A stretch of 63,904 nucleotides of DNA, filler included, from Circinaria calcarea (taxonomy: Eukaryota): the NCBI GenBank assembly GCA_051942165.1. It is 12 parts of 12 records of this genome, joined end to end, with 100 filler letters (N's around TTAATTAATTAA, not from the genome) between each part and the next. Parts side by side here need not be neighbours in the genome. Positions count along the whole stretch, not along the records: positions 58,687 to 63,904 come from JAVECS010001989.1; 11 more parts are not named here. The stretch is one strand, 5' to 3'. A program made the translations under genes and the position numbers. Positions 60,790 through 63,904 of this stretch are shown here, in pieces (positions within the stretch are counted from its first letter, which is position 1; every line of letters begins with the position of its first letter). The notes below the pieces were generated by a model that was not told where the DNA came from, did not search any database, and saw only the letters and a program-made list of their open reading frames with translations.

Positions 60790-61122
60790 TGTGCACCGCC
60801 AACGCCTTGCGTTATGTTTTCTCTCGGGAGAAGAGCTTCTGAAATCAAATCCCATCAAAAGCCACAGGCAAACTGATCGTCATCAGCCAAGTTCAGCCCT
60901 GACACTAACCTAATCGGTCACTAAGGACCATTGTGATGTTATGCAGGAATCGACCCTCACGATTGATTAGGAAGCATCTATCTGCACTATCATACCTTCA
61001 ACACCGGGGTAACAATGAGCTTATCCTCTATCCTCCCGTGTTCATGATGGCGGACCGCATGTAGCGTGTCTCAGTCTAATGATGGGCCAAGCCTTGCAGA
61101 TTCACGCTAATTTAGAGTAATT

Positions 61123-61137
61123 ACGCGATACGCGAAA
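61123..61137 (+). promoter_or_regulatory. Tandem MCB/SCB-like elements (ACGCGA-T-ACGCGAAA) in the MSP1/CSM1 divergent promoter
   Basis: Two ACGCGA cores about 140 bp upstream of the Csm1 ATG. Confidence 0.4.
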
Positions 61138-61273
61138 TCCCACTTTGCTTTGTTTACCTGCTTTTCCATAGCCATCGCAATGGATCTAAAGAGCCCAACA
61201 ACCTCTTATAGAATCCATTGTGCGCGGTAAGAGAGTGGATCAAAGCCAGAAAGCTCTCATCTAATTCCCCATA

Positions 61274-63048
61274 ATGCCAAAAGCAAAAGCTGTCGCCTCG
61301 CTCTCGGGTCTCATCGACTCGGAAATGGAGGATGAGATACAACACAGTGATGTTGACATGATGCCAACACCGGAGTCAAACCAAGAGAATGCTGAACCTG
61401 CCAAGAAAGGAAGAGGAAAAGCCAAAGCACCTGCGACTAAAGTCAGAAAGACTAAGCCAGCTTCGCGGCGATTGAGTGGGGGTCCTGCAACAGCAAGATC
61501 CAAAGCAGCGGCGGCCAAAAAGAAACCTACAGTCAAGCGGGCGCCTTTGAAGGAACAGATCAATGAAGAGCGCAACGATGACACGGAAGATGCGGACGAG
61601 TTTCAAAATGAAATGCAAGCGGTGCCACAGAATCAGGAAGATGGAGCAGATGCGAATGGGTCTGATGCACCGGCGCAGGAGAAGAAACCAGCTGCCAAGA
61701 AAGGGAGACCGGCGAAAAAAGGAAAGCAACCGGTTAAGAAGCCCGATGTGGAACAAGTCAAAGCAACAGAAAAGGATGGCGAGTTTGAATATACACCCAC
61801 AACCGCTCGCCAAAGCAGGACAACGGTAAAATCTTCGGTGGTAATAAAGGATTCTTCCAACACCAGGCAAGAATCCTCCCAAGAGCCCGAGGTAGCCCGA
61901 GGAGAAATTCCGGAGACCCAGGAAATCCCAATGGAGGTAGACCAACTAGATTCACCCGAGGTTGGCGAAGAAGATGAAGATGCTATACCACAATCTGTCT
62001 ACCGTCGGTCCAATCATGCTCGAGCGCCTTCGAAACAGCCACAGCCAACACTCGCTAGGAAAGGAGGCGGTAGTGCATCGGATGCCGAGAAAGGAGGTAA
62101 CGATGCAAACACCCGACGAAAACTCGGCGAAATGACCAAGAAATTCGAAAGCCTCGAGGTCAAATACAGACAGCTACGCGAAGTCGGCATCAAAGAGGCA
62201 GAAGCAAACTTTGAAAAGCTAAAGAAACAATCCGAAGACAGAACAAAAAGTAGATCCCTCTCCTCCCCATCCCCTCCCCAACATTCATCTCTCAACTAAT
62301 ACTTCTTTCCCTCCCCCAAGTCGCCAACGACCTCATCTCTTCCCTCAAAAAAGAACTCTCCACCCAAAAAGCCCTTGCCGCCGAATCCCGCACCCTCCGC
62401 CAGCAACTCATCACCACAACTACCTCCCTCGACACCGCTCTCGCTCAAATTACCACACTCACAAGCTCCCTCTCCGCCTCGCAATCCGAAAACAAAGTCC
62501 TCGCCGCCAAACTCGCCGCCGCGCGCTCCACCTCAACCATCGAAGGTATCCATCACGCCCAAGGAGCAGGCAGCCGCACCCCCGGCAGCACCCTCAAAGC
62601 CCCCATCAAAGGAGGATCCTTACTTCAAGCCGGCCGCGCTGAAGCCGCTGAAGCCGCCCAGACCGCCCAACTAAAAGAAGACCTCTACAGCGACCTCACG
62701 GGCCTGATCCTTCGCTCCGTCACGCACTCTTCCACCCCCTCGCCCTGCACAATCTACGACTGCATCCAAACGGGCCGCAACGGCACCTTGCACTTCAAAC
62801 TCTCCGTTGCCACGGATACCGTGGCGACGAATACGAGCTACGAGGAGACGGAATTCCAGTATACGCCGTGTTTGGACGGGAGTCGGGATCGGGATCTGCT
62901 GGAGTTGCTGCCAGATTATCTGGGCGAGGAGATTACGTTTTCCAGGGCGAATGCGGGCAAGTTCTACGGGAGAGTGGTGGAGGTTTTGACGAGGAGAAGG
63001 GATGTGGAGGCAGAGATCGGGGGTGGGGATGGGGGGGACGAAGAATAA
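61274..63048 (+). CDS. CSM1: Monopolin subunit Csm1/Pcs1, 2 exons
   Basis: Disordered N-terminus, coiled coil KYRQLREVGIKEAEANFEKL and intron 62250-62320. RWD-like C-terminus KEDLYSDLTGL...YDCIQTGRNGTLHFKL...LPDYLGEEITF...KFY. Confidence 0.9.
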
Positions 63049-63904
63049 GGGGGAGTTAGGGGAGGGGATAAAGAACGAGGAATAGGCGGATGAGGAGAGG
63101 AGAGGAGAGGAGAGGAGAATGGGGATTACAGCCTAGAGGTTTTTGGCCTTTTTCTAGGGTTTTGTGGCCAGGAAGGAGGTGCTGGAATGGGAATAGGAAT
63201 TGCAATTGGAGCGAGAGAGTACGGCTCTTTTTGTATGTACTGTACATTTTCCCGGTTTTCGCCATACTCATGTGTGGCATCTGCAAAGCCGCAACTCAAA
63301 TGCAACAGATAATCTCTTCCAAGTTCATCTTCTTGGCTCTGTACGGACTTCCGTCCCCTTCCCTCCAAAAAAATCGAAGAAGGTAAAAAACCAGGTCTGG
63401 TGTTCGATTTGCTTATCAAAGTCAGTAGCGAAAAATTACCGTACCCAGAGTATTCGACTGACCGAACGAGCAAGCGGCCGTCATTCCTGCCCTCCCCTCC
63501 TTTTTTTTAAAAAAAAAACCTTCCTTCCTTCTTTACGAACCCTGCTTTTTTTCCTTTTCCCTTTTCCCTTTCCACATCCCGTCACCTTCCCCTTCAATTT
63601 CTCCGCAACCTTGTTAAACCTCACTAAAACCTCACTGAACTCCCATTAACTTCATTATTGCTAACACCAACGTCTACATCCACGTCCACGTCCACATCCC
63701 CGAGCGAAAAATAAATCACTTTGTTTTTAAAAATTCCCTGGTTTTTTGGGTAGCTATCTTATCCTATTTTTTATCCTTTCCTATACTCTGTTTCATAACG
63801 CCCGTTCGAACCCGCTTTATCCTACAGGCTATACGAGGAGGGTTTTCGATCATTTCACCTTAGTCTGTATGAATGAAGGGGGGAAGGGATGATTGGAAGG
63901 GGGA

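Noticed and set aside
1..63904. tRNA, rRNA, snRNA, riboswitch or telomeric (TTAGGG)n sequence
   Set aside because: None recognised by eye. An Rfam/tRNAscan search is needed to exclude small or divergent ncRNAs.

Overview
Filamentous ascomycete (Pezizomycotina) genomic DNA with GT-AG introns and fungal housekeeping genes. A lichen-forming Lecanoromycete is plausible but cannot be shown from this sequence. The window is not one locus. It is 12 unrelated ~5.2-kb contigs, sorted by decreasing length (5248 to 5218 bp) and joined by an artificial 100-nt spacer (44 N + TTAATTAATTAA + 44 N), so adjacency across spacers means nothing. Recognisable genes: formin (SepA/Bni1), an Age2/SMAP-type ArfGAP, Sft1 SNARE, Ysc84/Lsb3, a very large Tpp1/Est3-domain shelterin protein, Utp10, a CorA-like protein, Nop9, Erg7, Ape1/Lap4, Ect1, two F-box-like proteins, a highly reducing PKS, a secreted cupin-like protein, a PTH11-like membrane protein, an MCT-type MFS transporter, a LIM protein, Msp1 and Csm1/Pcs1. 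There are also three hypothetical genes, one absent from the ORF track. Accessory content is a decayed Ty1/copia element with RIP-like damage, a 147-bp fold-back element, a probable solo LTR, a P450 pseudogene and short tandem repeats. I found no convincing new multi-gene system. The best leads are single-locus: an intron-split C2H2 finger in the Tpp1-like protein, the nested TE cluster, a repeat under purifying selection in the ArfGAP, a Wsc1-like tail motif on a soluble protein, and the PKS.
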